32,000 nt of DNA from Gemmata obscuriglobus (GCF_008065095.1 NZ_CP042911.1:4920001-4952000), one strand, 5' to 3'; shown: positions 9,824-18,482, counted from the stretch's first letter. Notes: generated by a model from the letters alone, not told the origin. Numbers and translations: made by a program.

Positions 9824-11350
9824 AAGCTCTTCTCGGCGCCGCCGGCAATCACGTACCTCTCTCCCGCCGGTGCGCAGCAAGGCACAACGGTCGAAGTCAC
9901 CGCCGCGGGTCTCACCGAGCCGACCGCACGGGTCTGGGTCAGCGGAAAGGGCGTCTCGGCCGAAAACGTGAAGGGCAAGCTGAAAATCACCGTCGCGAAG
10001 GACGCTGTACCGGACGTGTACTGGCTGCGCGCGCACAGCGCCGAAGGGGCGAGCGGGTTGCGGCCGTTCATCGTGGGTGTGCTGCCCGAGGTAACGGAGA
10101 AAGAACCCAACGACGAGTTCAAGAAGGCGCAACTCATTGAAGCCACGTCCGTCGTTGTGAACGGGAAACTGGAAAAGAGCGGCGACGTGGACTGCTTCGC
10201 GGTGCGGCTCAAGAAGGGGCAAACGTTGGTCGCGTCGCTCGACGCGCACAACGCCCTGCGGTCACCGGTCGATGCGATGATGCAGGTGCTTTCGGCCGAC
10301 GGGTTCGTTCTTGACGAGAACAACGACTTCCACGGCCTCGATCCGCAAATCGCTTTCACGGCGAAGAAGGACGGGGTTCACGTCGTTCGCGTGTACGCGT
10401 TCCCAGCAACGCCGGACTCCACCATCCGTTACTTCGGTTCCGACGCGAGCGTGTACCGACTCACACTCACCACCGGACCGTTCGCCGATCACACCACGCC
10501 GCTCGCGGTGCAAAACGGCACAGCAGCGGTTGAAACCGAAGGGTGGAACCTGTCCCCTGAAACGCGCAAGTTCGCGCTGACTTATGGTTTGCCAGACAGC
10601 CCGTTCGCACTCGCAGCGGGACGAGCGAACGCAGTCCGCGTGCGCGTCGAACCGCACCCGACTTTCGGGCCGAAGACCAGCGAACCGCTGAAGCCGCCCT
10701 TCTCCGTCACCGACCGCATCGAAAAGGCCGGCACGGACGTCAGTTTCATCATGAACGCGAAGAAGGGCCAGTCGCTCACGATTCAGGTGGAGAGCCGAAC
10801 CGTTGGCCTCGCGGTCAACCCGGTCGTGCGCGTGCTGGACGCGGACAAGAAACAACTCGCTCGCGCCGAGCCACCGAAGATCAACGCCGACACCGCGCTC
10901 GCCTTTAACGCACCCGCGGACGGCGCGTACACCGTCACCGTCGGTGACCAGTACGCGGGCAGCGGCCCGCGCCACGCCTTCCTGCTCCGTGTTCTGTCGG
11001 AGCCGGATTACGACCTGACCGTTCCCGCCGATCACTTCACCGTCGCGCCCGGTACGCCCACAACGATTGCGGTGAAGGTGAACCGCAAGCTCGGGTTCAC
11101 GAAACCGGTTGAAGTGAGCGCGCAGGGGCTACCGCCGGGTGTGAAGGTCACGATCGTACAACCCGCAAAACCCGATCCCAACACCGTGACACTTTCCCTC
11201 AGCGCGAACGAACCTCTCTCGGTGCCGTTCCGGTTGATCGGCACGGTGAAAGATCTGCCGTCGCTCACGCGGTACACGCGGTTCACAGCGCCAGAATTCG
11301 ACGAACCTTTGGCTGATCTGTGGCTCACAGTCACCGCGCCGAAAAAGTGA
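9749..11350 (+). CDS. Secreted protein with pre-peptidase C-terminal (PPC)-like domains
   Basis: The N-terminus is signal-peptide-like (MSASTIRSFQLSAFSLFVLCTLCGEKLFSA/PP). A PPC-like block reads EKEPNDEFKKAQLIE...GKLEKSGDVDCFAVRLKKGQTLVASL...DGVHVVRVYAF, and a second similar block reads GQSLTIQVES...DGAYTVTVGDQY. No other in-frame start occurs for more than 60 codons. Confidence 0.8.
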   Translation: MSASTIRSFQLSAFSLFVLCTLCGEKLFSAPPAITYLSPAGAQQGTTVEVTAAGLTEPTARVWVSGKGVSAENVKGKLKITVAKDAVPDVYWLRAHSAEGASGLRPFIVGVLPEVTEKEPNDEFKKAQLIEATSVVVNGKLEKSGDVDCFAVRLKKGQTLVASLDAHNALRSPVDAMMQVLSADGFVLDENNDFHGLDPQIAFTAKKDGVHVVRVYAFPATPDSTIRYFGSDASVYRLTLTTGPFADHTTPLAVQNGTAAVETEGWNLSPETRKFALTYGLPDSPFALAAGRANAVRVRVEPHPTFGPKTSEPLKPPFSVTDRIEKAGTDVSFIMNAKKGQSLTIQVESRTVGLAVNPVVRVLDADKKQLARAEPPKINADTALAFNAPADGAYTVTVGDQYAGSGPRHAFLLRVLSEPDYDLTVPADHFTVAPGTPTTIAVKVNRKLGFTKPVEVSAQGLPPGVKVTIVQPAKPDPNTVTLSLSANEPLSVPFRLIGTVKDLPSLTRYTRFTAPEFDEPLADLWLTVTAPKK

Positions 11351-11387
11351 CGCAACGGTCGCGTGCGCTGGTCACGCGACCGTTGCG
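11351..11387 (+). terminator. Stem-loop immediately after the PPC gene stop (15-bp perfect stem, 7-nt loop)
   Basis: cgcaacggtcgcgtg (11351-11365), loop cgctggt, then cacgcgaccgttgcg (11373-11387). It starts 1 nt after the TGA at 11348-11350. No U-tract follows, so intrinsic-terminator function is uncertain. Confidence 0.5.
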
Positions 11388-11566
11388 GCGGCTGACAGAG
11401 CGCCGGCCAGTTTTTGCGCCCCAGTTTTCCGGTCCGGGCAGAACATTCACGCCTTATTCAACTCGCACACAAAATTCCCTTCGGGTCTGAATCGAGTGAG
11501 TTGCATTTGGTTCACGGTGTCACATCTTTTGCACGAGGATCACGTCGACCGCCCGGAGGAGCTTCA

Positions 11567-14500
11567 GTGCGCACGCCCGCCTCGCTGCCCCACCCGCCCG
11601 AGCGCACCGTCCCCCTCGTGATCGCACGCGACGAGCCGACCGACGGCACACCGAAATCGCACCGCGTCGCAGCCGTCCCCCTTCCGCCGGAACCGCCCGC
11701 GAGCGGGCACCCGCGGGTGCGGGGGTACGACATCCTGTCGGTCGTGGGCATCGGCGGCATGGGCATCGTTTACGAGGCCCGGCACCGCGAGCTGAACCGC
11801 CGGGTCGCGATCAAGATGCTCCGGGGCGAGTCGCTGGCGCCGGAGTTCCGCGAACGGTTCCGGGTCGAGGCCGAGACCATCGCGAAGCTGCAGCACCCCA
11901 ACGTGATCCAGGTGTTCGAGGTGGGCACCGTCGAGCCGGTCGCCGGCGAGTTGTACCCGAGCCCGTTCATCGCGCTGGAGTTCGTGGACGGGGGGAGCCT
12001 GGCGGGCAAAACGCGCGCCCCACAGGTGCCGGGCTACGCGGCGCGCGTGGTGGCGACGCTGGCACGAACCGTTCACGCGGCCCACCTGCTCGGGGTGATT
12101 CACCGCGACCTGAAACCGTCGAACGTGCTGCTCGGGCACAACGGCGAGCCGAAAATCGCCGACTTCGGGATCGCCAAGCAGATCGCCCCCGCCTCCGGCC
12201 CGCAGCCGCGCACCCAGACCGGGGTCGTGCTCGGCACCCCCGAGTACATGTCGCCGGAGCAGCTCGAGGGCGAGACGGCGCCGGCGGCGGACATCTACGC
12301 CCTCGGCGTGATCCTGTACCAACTGCTCACCGGTGTGGTGCCGTTCAAGGGGGCCACGTTCGCCGACACCCTGCGGCTGGCACTGCACCAAGAGCCGATC
12401 CCGCCGCGCCGACTCCAGCCGGCGGTCCCGCGGGACCTCGAGACCGTCTGTCTGAAGTGCCTGGAGAAGCAGCCCGGGAAGCGGTACCCGACGGCCGCGG
12501 CGCTAGCCGACGACCTGGAGCGGTGGCTCGACGGGCGGCCGATCCAGGCGCGGCGGCTCGGGCCGCTGGGGCGCACGGCCCGGTGGGGGCGGCGGAGCCC
12601 GGCACTCGCCGCGTTGTCGGCGGTGACGACACTGGTCGCGGTCGCGGCCCTGGCCGGAGTCATGTGGAGCTGGGACGACGCCCGGTGGAGCGAGAAGCAG
12701 GCCCGGGATCACATGGCGGTCGCCCGCGCGAACGAGTTGTGGGCGGCCGAGAACGAAGCGCGCGCGAAAGCGGAAGCGGCCAAGAACCTCGACGCCGCCG
12801 CCAAGGAGCGCTGGGAGCGGTACCGTGTCAGCCTGATGGCCGCGTCCAGCGGGCTGCGGCTGCACGACGTGCGGACGGCCCGCTGGGCGCTGGACGAGGC
12901 CCCGCCCGACCACCGCGACTGGGTGTGGAACCTCCTCGCGGCCCAGCTCGACCGCTCGCGGCACGTGCTCGGCGGCCCCGACGCCCCGATATGTTACACC
13001 CAGTTCAGCGCCAGCGGGCGCTGGCTGGTGGCCACGGACCCGGCCCGCAAGCTGACCGTGTGGGACCTCACAACCCGCGAACGGTGGGGACCGTTCCCCG
13101 GCCCCGCCGCGCCGCGCCACGCGCTGGTCGCGGACAGCGGCGCGACGGTCGCGTACGCGACCGACGACCACGGCATCGCCCTACTCGACCCGCGCACCGG
13201 GCGGGTGCGGGTGATGCGCGGGCACACCGCCGAGATCCGCGTCATCCAGTTCATCGCGAACGGGCGCGAACTGGTCACCGGCTCGGACGACCACACCGCG
13301 CGCGTCTGGAACGTCGAGAGCGGGCGGGAGACGCACCGGCTGCGGGTGCCCGACGGGACCGCACTGCCGCTGGTGTTCAGCCCGGACGGTGAGGTGGCCG
13401 GGGCGCGCTGGGCGAACGCCGACCCGCCGACCTTCTGGGGTGTGCGCACCGGCCGGCCGGTGGGCCGGATCGACCCGCGCGCCGAGCCCATGTTCGAATA
13501 CCGCTTCAGCCCGGACGGTAAGCGGATCGTGTCGAGCGGCTGGCACCCGCAGACCGCGATGGACGTGTGGGAGGTGTCCACCGGGCGGCGGGTGGCGCGG
13601 CTGGAGGGGCACGAGAACCAGGTGAGCAACACGGCGTTCAGCCCGGACGGACGGCTGCTCGCGTCGTGCTCGATGGACCGCACCGTGCGCGTCTGGGACA
13701 TCGGCCCCGACGCGCGCGGTGAGAAGCGGGAGGCCGTCCATGTGCTCGAAGGGCACACCGGCTGGATCCAGCGGGTCGCGTTCAACCCGGACGGCACCCG
13801 GCTGCTCTCGGCGTCCGACGACCGCACGCTGAGGTACTGGGACGTTAAGCGAGGCAAACTCGTGGCGGTGCTCCGGGGCCACTCGTCGGAGGTGGACTGC
13901 GGCGCGTTCCACATTGACCCGGGCACGGGCACGGCGCTGATCGCGTCGCACGCCCGCGACGACACGGTGCGGTTATGGGACGTGTGGTCGGCCGAGAACG
14001 ATTACGCGCTGCGCGGGCACGGGTCCTACGTGTACAGCGCTACGTTCTTCCCGGACGGGGACCGGATCGCGTCGGCCGGGTGGGACGACACCGCGCGCGT
14101 GTGGGACGCGCGTACCGGTAAAGAAGTGCTGAAGCTGGAGCACGGGAACATCGGCATTGTGTCGTCGGTCGCGGTACACCCGGGAGGCCAACTGATCGCG
14201 ACGCTGGGCCGAAAACACAACGATCCGAACGCGGTGGGCGGGGTGCGGCTCTGGGACGCCGGCACCGGCAAGCTGCTGCACGTGTGGCCGCTGTCGAACG
14301 CCGACTTCCGCGACAGCCGGGTCACGTTCAGCCCCGACGGAACGCTGCTCGCGGCCGGCACCCCGGACGGTCGGGTGCGGCTCTGGGACGTGGCCACGCG
14401 CCGCGCGGCGGCCGTTCTGGAGGGGCACACCTTCGCGGTCTGTGACGTGGCGTTCAGCCCGGACGGCAAACGGCTCGCATCGGCCGGGCACCACCGCGAT

Positions 14501-14914
14501 GGTTCGGTGCGGGTCTGGGACGTGGCGACCGGCAAGCCCCTGGCGGTCCTCAAGCCGGGCACGGACTTTCGCGACGGCGTACTCGCGCTCGCGTGGCACC
14601 CGAACGGGAAGTTACTCGCGGCGGGCTCGTCGGACGGCTCGGTGCGGCTCTGGGAGCCCGCGACCGAAAAACTGCTCGGCGAGTTGAAGCACGGGAGCGA
14701 TGTGTACGGGCTGGCGTTCACCCCGGACGGCAAGTTGCTCGCGACCGGCGCCGCGGACAACCTCATTCGCCTGTGGCACGTGGACACGCACCGCGAGATC
14801 GCCGAGCTGAGCGGGCACAAGATGTACGTTCACTCCGTCGCGTTCGACCGCACCGGCACCCGGCTGGTGTCGGCGTCGGGCGACAAGACGGTGCGGGTGT
14901 GGGACACGGAGTAA
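11567..14914 (+). CDS. Transmembrane Ser/Thr protein kinase with about 14 C-terminal WD40 repeats
   Basis: Hanks kinase motifs are GIGGMGIVYEA, VAIKML, HRDLKPSNVLL, DFGIAK and GTPEYMSPEQ. One hydrophobic helix follows (ALAALSAVTTLVAVAALAGVMW). Repeated GH..V..VAFSPDG..LAS...D.TVR(L/V)WD units come after it. Chosen start is the GTG at 11567, preceded by GGAGGAG at 11555-11561; the ORF is open from a TTG at 11414, so the start is uncertain. Confidence 0.88.
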   Translation: MRTPASLPHPPERTVPLVIARDEPTDGTPKSHRVAAVPLPPEPPASGHPRVRGYDILSVVGIGGMGIVYEARHRELNRRVAIKMLRGESLAPEFRERFRVEAETIAKLQHPNVIQVFEVGTVEPVAGELYPSPFIALEFVDGGSLAGKTRAPQVPGYAARVVATLARTVHAAHLLGVIHRDLKPSNVLLGHNGEPKIADFGIAKQIAPASGPQPRTQTGVVLGTPEYMSPEQLEGETAPAADIYALGVILYQLLTGVVPFKGATFADTLRLALHQEPIPPRRLQPAVPRDLETVCLKCLEKQPGKRYPTAAALADDLERWLDGRPIQARRLGPLGRTARWGRRSPALAALSAVTTLVAVAALAGVMWSWDDARWSEKQARDHMAVARANELWAAENEARAKAEAAKNLDAAAKERWERYRVSLMAASSGLRLHDVRTARWALDEAPPDHRDWVWNLLAAQLDRSRHVLGGPDAPICYTQFSASGRWLVATDPARKLTVWDLTTRERWGPFPGPAAPRHALVADSGATVAYATDDHGIALLDPRTGRVRVMRGHTAEIRVIQFIANGRELVTGSDDHTARVWNVESGRETHRLRVPDGTALPLVFSPDGEVAGARWANADPPTFWGVRTGRPVGRIDPRAEPMFEYRFSPDGKRIVSSGWHPQTAMDVWEVSTGRRVARLEGHENQVSNTAFSPDGRLLASCSMDRTVRVWDIGPDARGEKREAVHVLEGHTGWIQRVAFNPDGTRLLSASDDRTLRYWDVKRGKLVAVLRGHSSEVDCGAFHIDPGTGTALIASHARDDTVRLWDVWSAENDYALRGHGSYVYSATFFPDGDRIASAGWDDTARVWDARTGKEVLKLEHGNIGIVSSVAVHPGGQLIATLGRKHNDPNAVGGVRLWDAGTGKLLHVWPLSNADFRDSRVTFSPDGTLLAAGTPDGRVRLWDVATRRAAAVLEGHTFAVCDVAFSPDGKRLASAGHHRDGSVRVWDVATGKPLAVLKPGTDFRDGVLALAWHPNGKLLAAGSSDGSVRLWEPATEKLLGELKHGSDVYGLAFTPDGKLLATGAADNLIRLWHVDTHREIAELSGHKMYVHSVAFDRTGTRLVSASGDKTVRVWDTE

Positions 14915-14971
14915 GTAGTACCGCACCCGCCCCAAACGAACCAACTGATTGAACATCTGATTTAGAACTTC

Positions 14972-15039
14972 ATGTTTCGATTTTGATGGCCCACCGGTAC
15001 CTGACCGCGCCTTGGACCGTCGCCGTGTCGTTGGCCAAC
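14972..15039. repeat. Dispersed 68-bp direct repeat, copy A
   Basis: A gapless alignment with 24165-24232 gives 59/68 identical positions by hand count. It ends in the palindrome TTGGCCAA. Confidence 0.75.
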
Positions 15040-15231
15040 CCGGCACACCGGCGGCGGACCACACGGGCCAGATCGCACAGGCGTCCGAACGTGTCACTCG
15101 GCACTGCCTCCGGGACGAGCGGCCAGAATGGGCCGACGGATTGTACCTCGGCTGTCCACGGGGCCGCCGGTGGAGCCGCGCGTGCGCCGGAACCGCCAGC
15201 CGACCGGTCAAATGCCAGCCCGCGTTGTCTC

Positions 15232-15250
15232 AGTGACTGTCCCATATGTG
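15232..15250. repeat. IS terminal inverted repeat (transposase-distal end)
   Basis: agtgactgtcccatatgtg is the exact reverse complement of 16104-16122. Confidence 0.9.
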
Positions 15251-15254
15251 AGAT

Positions 15255-16079
15255 TTATGCCACCGTGTGGTATTGAAACTCGGCGTCGACCCCTTTCGGC
15301 TCAAGCCGGTTGAGCATCAGGTGGATCATGGCCAACTTGACGAACGCCTCCGACGACCGCACCGTCTTCTCCCGGTCCTTGGACAACCGCCGGCACGTCC
15401 CCAGCCAGGCGAACGTCCGCTCCACCGTCCACCGCCGCGGTAACTTCACCCACCCCTTGGCCCCGTCCGGGCGGCGGACGATGACCAGCTCCCACCGGGC
15501 GTTCGTCTCGACCCACTCGTACAGGGCGTAGTTGTGGTACTTGCGGTCGGCGAACACCCGGCGCACCTTCCCCATCGGTTGCTCGTCCAGCCGGCCGAAC
15601 AGTTCGGCCGCCGCCTTGGCATCATCGACGCTCGCGGCCGTCACCAGCACGGCCAGCAGCAACCCCATGGAATCCACGAGGATGTGCCGCTTCCGCCCGT
15701 CCACGTTCTTGGCGTTGTCCCGGCCCCGCTCCTCGCCGCCGGAGGTCGTGTCCACCGACTGGCTATCCACGCTCGCGGTCGTCCGGGGCGAGTACGGCCT
15801 CTCGGCGGTGCGGACCTTTTTGCGGAGAAGGTCATGGATCGTGTCGCGGGTGCCGTTGTGTCGCCACTCGTCGAAGTACCGCCCGACCGTGGACTTGGGC
15901 GGGAAGTCCTTGGGCCGGTACCGCCACTGGCAACCGGTCCGCAGCACGTAGAAGACCGCGTCGGTGACGTCCCGCAGGGCGGTGGTGCGGGGACGGCCGC
16001 CGGGGTACACGGGGATGTGTGGCTCGATGAGCCCCCACTGCTCGTCGGTCACGTCGCTCGGGTAGGATTGGGTTCGCAT
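15255..16079 (-). CDS. IS5-family DDE transposase
   Basis: The N-terminal DUF4096-like block is DVTDEQWGLIEPHIP...GRPR...VFYVLRTGCQWRY. The DDE_Tnp_1-like part contains SVDSQSV, RKRHILVDSMGLLL, FADRKYH and LPRRWTVERTFAWL..CRRLSKD.EK. Chosen start is the ATG at 16079 (MRTQSYP), because the track's GTG at 16121 lies inside the inverted repeat. Confidence 0.9.
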   Translation of the reverse strand: MRTQSYPSDVTDEQWGLIEPHIPVYPGGRPRTTALRDVTDAVFYVLRTGCQWRYRPKDFPPKSTVGRYFDEWRHNGTRDTIHDLLRKKVRTAERPYSPRTTASVDSQSVDTTSGGEERGRDNAKNVDGRKRHILVDSMGLLLAVLVTAASVDDAKAAAELFGRLDEQPMGKVRRVFADRKYHNYALYEWVETNARWELVIVRRPDGAKGWVKLPRRWTVERTFAWLGTCRRLSKDREKTVRSSEAFVKLAMIHLMLNRLEPKGVDAEFQYHTVA

Positions 16080-16103
16080 GGACCATTCTACCCACCCAAC
16101 CGC

Positions 16104-16122
16104 CACATATGGGACAGTCACT
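16104..16122. repeat. IS terminal inverted repeat (transposase-proximal end)
   Basis: cacatatgggacagtcact is the exact reverse complement of 15232-15250. Confidence 0.9.
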
Positions 16123-16489
16123 TAGCTCGCGTGGCCGGCATGTTAGTGCCGGCCTAACCTTCCGACTGCTCGCCATTTCATGCGGCCGGTCCGCTCGTAA
16201 AACCGGCCCACAGCCGCGCGGACGTCGTCAGAGAGGCGCGGGACGGGAGTGCGGCTCAAACCGTCGAGACCTTTTGTTCTGCCCGGCAGCCCGGCCGGGT
16301 CCGGAGTTTCTTCAGCGGAGATGACCGGTCTCGAAGACCATGATCGGCGGAAAGAATCGGTGAAACGACCGCACATCTCGTGAGCGATAACCGTATTGCT
16401 CTTGTCGCCTGTGCCGGCCCGGCGCGCAAGTTCTGGCCTACCGCAAGCTGCCCACACTGTGCCCTGAACCGAACCCACGAGATCTCAAC

Positions 16490-16717
16490 GTGCCTCCGAC
16501 GTACCGCATTCGTTACAGCCTGAAACCGTCCGGACAGCATCACGGCGCCGCGGACGTGACGGCGATCGACGTTGAGGGGAGCCTGGACGAAGTTCCAGGG
16601 CACCTGCCGGCAGGGGCGTACATCATGTACGTCGAAGACCTGGCGCTCGGGAGAGACGTTCACTGGACCCGATGGCCCAAGCTCTATCGACCGGGCTTCG
16701 GGCCATCCTGTGTCTGA
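16490..16717 (+). CDS. Hypothetical small protein (75 aa), weakly supported
   Basis: This is the only ORF in the 16123-16960 gap whose translation is not Arg/Pro/Gly-rich (VPPTYRIRYSLKPSG...AYIMYVEDLALGRDVHWTRW). It has a GTG start, no visible Shine-Dalgarno sequence and no recognisable motif. Confidence 0.3.
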   Translation: MPPTYRIRYSLKPSGQHHGAADVTAIDVEGSLDEVPGHLPAGAYIMYVEDLALGRDVHWTRWPKLYRPGFGPSCV

Positions 16718-16960
16718 GCAGCCGCGCCGGCTTGACGGCGCCCGATCGCGTCAGGCGATTCCCGGAGAGCGCCCCGGTTCCCTGACGCGTCACAGGGAGC
16801 AACTTCCTCCGATCACTTCGCTCGCTCCTCTGACTCAACTCTGCGGCCGACTCCTGATAATTGAATCGTCCGTCGTGGCTGAATGAGCCCGCCGATGCCA
16901 CGCGGCTGGTACGCACTCGCCATTCCAATACACCTGCCGCCTGCGGCGGGCAAATGACAT

Positions 16961-18112
16961 ATGCCGTCTCACACAGCCACTGCGCCCCCCCCAACGGCAC
17001 TCGCACCGCCCAACGTGAGTCCGGCGACCGATCCGCGGCCGAAGTTCCCAAAGGATGAGGCCGGGTTCATGACCGAGTTGAAGCGACGCGCGGACGCCTA
17101 CTTTGTCGAGACCGGGCAGAGCGAGCGTGACTGCTGGCGGATGTATCTGAAGACGGCCGTGATCCTCGCGTGGCTCGGCACCTCGTACGCGCTGTTGGTG
17201 TTTGCGGCGCCGACCGTGTGGCTCGCCGCACCGCTCGCGGTCTCGCTGGCGCTGGCCATCTCAGCGGTCGGGTTCAGCGTCCAGCACGACGGCGGGCACC
17301 ACGCGTACTCGCGGTTCGCGTGGGTGAACCGGCTCGCGGCCCTGTCGCTCGACCTGATCGGGGCCAGCTCATACCTGTGGAAGTGGAAGCACGTCGTGCT
17401 CCACCACACGTACCCAAACGTGAGCGGGCAGGACGCCGACATCGACGTGGGGCCGCTCGCGCGTCTGGCGCCCCAGCAGCGGCGGCGCTGGTTCCACCGG
17501 TGGCAGCACCTGTACCTGTGGCCGCTCTACGCGCTGACCGCGGCCGTGTGGCACCTGTACGGCGATTTTCGGGACGTCATCACCGGGACGATCGGCGGGC
17601 ACCGCGTACCACGGCCGCGGGGGTGGGACCTGGTCACGTTCCTCGGCGGTAAGGTCGTGTCGGTCGGCCTGCTGATCGGCGTGCCGATGCTGGTCCACTC
17701 GTGGTGGGTGGTGCTCCTGTTCTACCTGGCCGTGACCGCGATACTCGGGATCGTAATGACGGTGGTGTTCCAGCTCGCGCACTGCGTCGAGGAGGCCGAG
17801 TTCCCGCAGCCCGACACGGACAGCCTGCGCATGCCCGACGCGTGGGCCGCTCACCAGGTGCGAACGACCGTGGACTTTGCCCGTGACAGCCGGGTGGCCT
17901 GCTGGCTCCTGGGCGGGCTCAACTTCCAGGTGGTGCACCACCTGTTCCCGAGAATTTGCCACATTCACTACCCCGCCCTTTCGCGGGTCGTCGCCGACGT
18001 CTGCCGCGAGTTCGGGGTGCGGTACGCCGCGCACCGCTCACTCCTGGCCGGGGTCGCGTCGCACTTCCGCTGGTTGCGTCGGCTCGGCCGCTCTCAGCTC
18101 GCTCCCAGTTGA
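16961..18112 (+). CDS. Membrane fatty-acid desaturase, front-end (Delta6-FADS-like) type without a cytochrome b5 domain
   Basis: Three histidine boxes are present: HDGGHH, HVVLHHTYPN and QVVHHLFP, with glutamine in the third box. Hydrophobic segments lie between the boxes. The family-typical N-terminal block is KFPKDEAGFMTELKRRADAYF, which argues for the ATG at 16961 rather than the internal ATG at 17069. Confidence 0.88.
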   Translation: MPSHTATAPPPTALAPPNVSPATDPRPKFPKDEAGFMTELKRRADAYFVETGQSERDCWRMYLKTAVILAWLGTSYALLVFAAPTVWLAAPLAVSLALAISAVGFSVQHDGGHHAYSRFAWVNRLAALSLDLIGASSYLWKWKHVVLHHTYPNVSGQDADIDVGPLARLAPQQRRRWFHRWQHLYLWPLYALTAAVWHLYGDFRDVITGTIGGHRVPRPRGWDLVTFLGGKVVSVGLLIGVPMLVHSWWVVLLFYLAVTAILGIVMTVVFQLAHCVEEAEFPQPDTDSLRMPDAWAAHQVRTTVDFARDSRVACWLLGGLNFQVVHHLFPRICHIHYPALSRVVADVCREFGVRYAAHRSLLAGVASHFRWLRRLGRSQLAPS

Positions 18113-18248
18113 ACGCGTCCGGGCGGCGGTTCGGTCCGTCGCCCCCCGGCGCAATCCGAGACGACCGCCCCCAGTACCCGGGCCGGATAGGGCCGTCGGC
18201 AGGACTCGCTGCATACGACGGAACGAGTCCGGTGTCGGAGAATCAAGT

Positions 18249-18482
18249 ATGTTGATGCGACTGTGTGGGGTGGCGCTGGTGCTTTTCGTCAGCGCGATTG
18301 TCGCCGCACTATTCGGGTTCGGCGTCATCCGGGACGAGCCGTCGCCCGCGGCGCAGGTGTGCGCAGCGTTCCTCCTTTTTACCTCCGTCGCCGCATTCGG
18401 CTGGGCGTGGGTGAACCGTTCGCAGAACGTTGTCGGGCGGGTTCCCCGCCGGTCCGGTGGCTCGAACCGGCCGCTGGCGTGA
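18249..18482 (+). CDS. Small membrane protein, DUF1328/UPF0391-like N-terminus
   Basis: The ATG is preceded by GGAG at 8-nt spacing. MLMRLCGVALVLFVSAIVAALFGFGVI...AAQVCAAFLLFTSVAAFGWAW gives two predicted TM helices resembling the YtjA-type pattern. The family assignment is from memory. Confidence 0.6.
   Translation: MLMRLCGVALVLFVSAIVAALFGFGVIRDEPSPAAQVCAAFLLFTSVAAFGWAWVNRSQNVVGRVPRRSGGSNRPLA

Larger units (their letters stand above)
15232..16122 (-). mobile_element. Intact IS5-family insertion sequence (891 bp)
   Basis: It is bounded by perfect 19-bp terminal inverted repeats (AGTGACTGTCCCATATGTG and its reverse complement) and contains a single uninterrupted DDE transposase ORF. The size is typical of small IS5-family elements. 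Confidence 0.9.

Noticed and set aside
16143-16478. A minus-strand ORF containing MCGRFT, the characteristic N-terminus of SRAP/YedK-type peptidases.
   Set aside because: Nothing after the hexapeptide resembles the family (no YNIAP-type block) in this frame or in the two shifted frames I translated. The match is most likely a coincidence.
16856-16861. GATAAT as a -10 box for the desaturase gene.
   Set aside because: No acceptable -35 element lies at 16-18 nt spacing upstream.
16985-16992. C8 homopolymer in the 5' part of the desaturase ORF, with other C7-C8/G7 runs at 24078-24085, 24124-24130, 27751-27757 and about 31786-31792, read as phase-variation tracts.
   Set aside because: Runs of this length are expected in GC-rich DNA, for example from Pro and Gly codons. 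I have no population evidence of length variation, and the locations show no consistent pattern.
18221-18248. GGAAC upstream of the DUF1328-like gene, and GGACC-N18-CGTT upstream of the lmo0937-like gene, read as ECF/general-stress-type promoters.
   Set aside because: The first leaves no room for a -10 element plus the ribosome-binding site. The second has a mismatch and off-consensus spacing. The EcfG paradigm also comes from Alphaproteobacteria, not this lineage.
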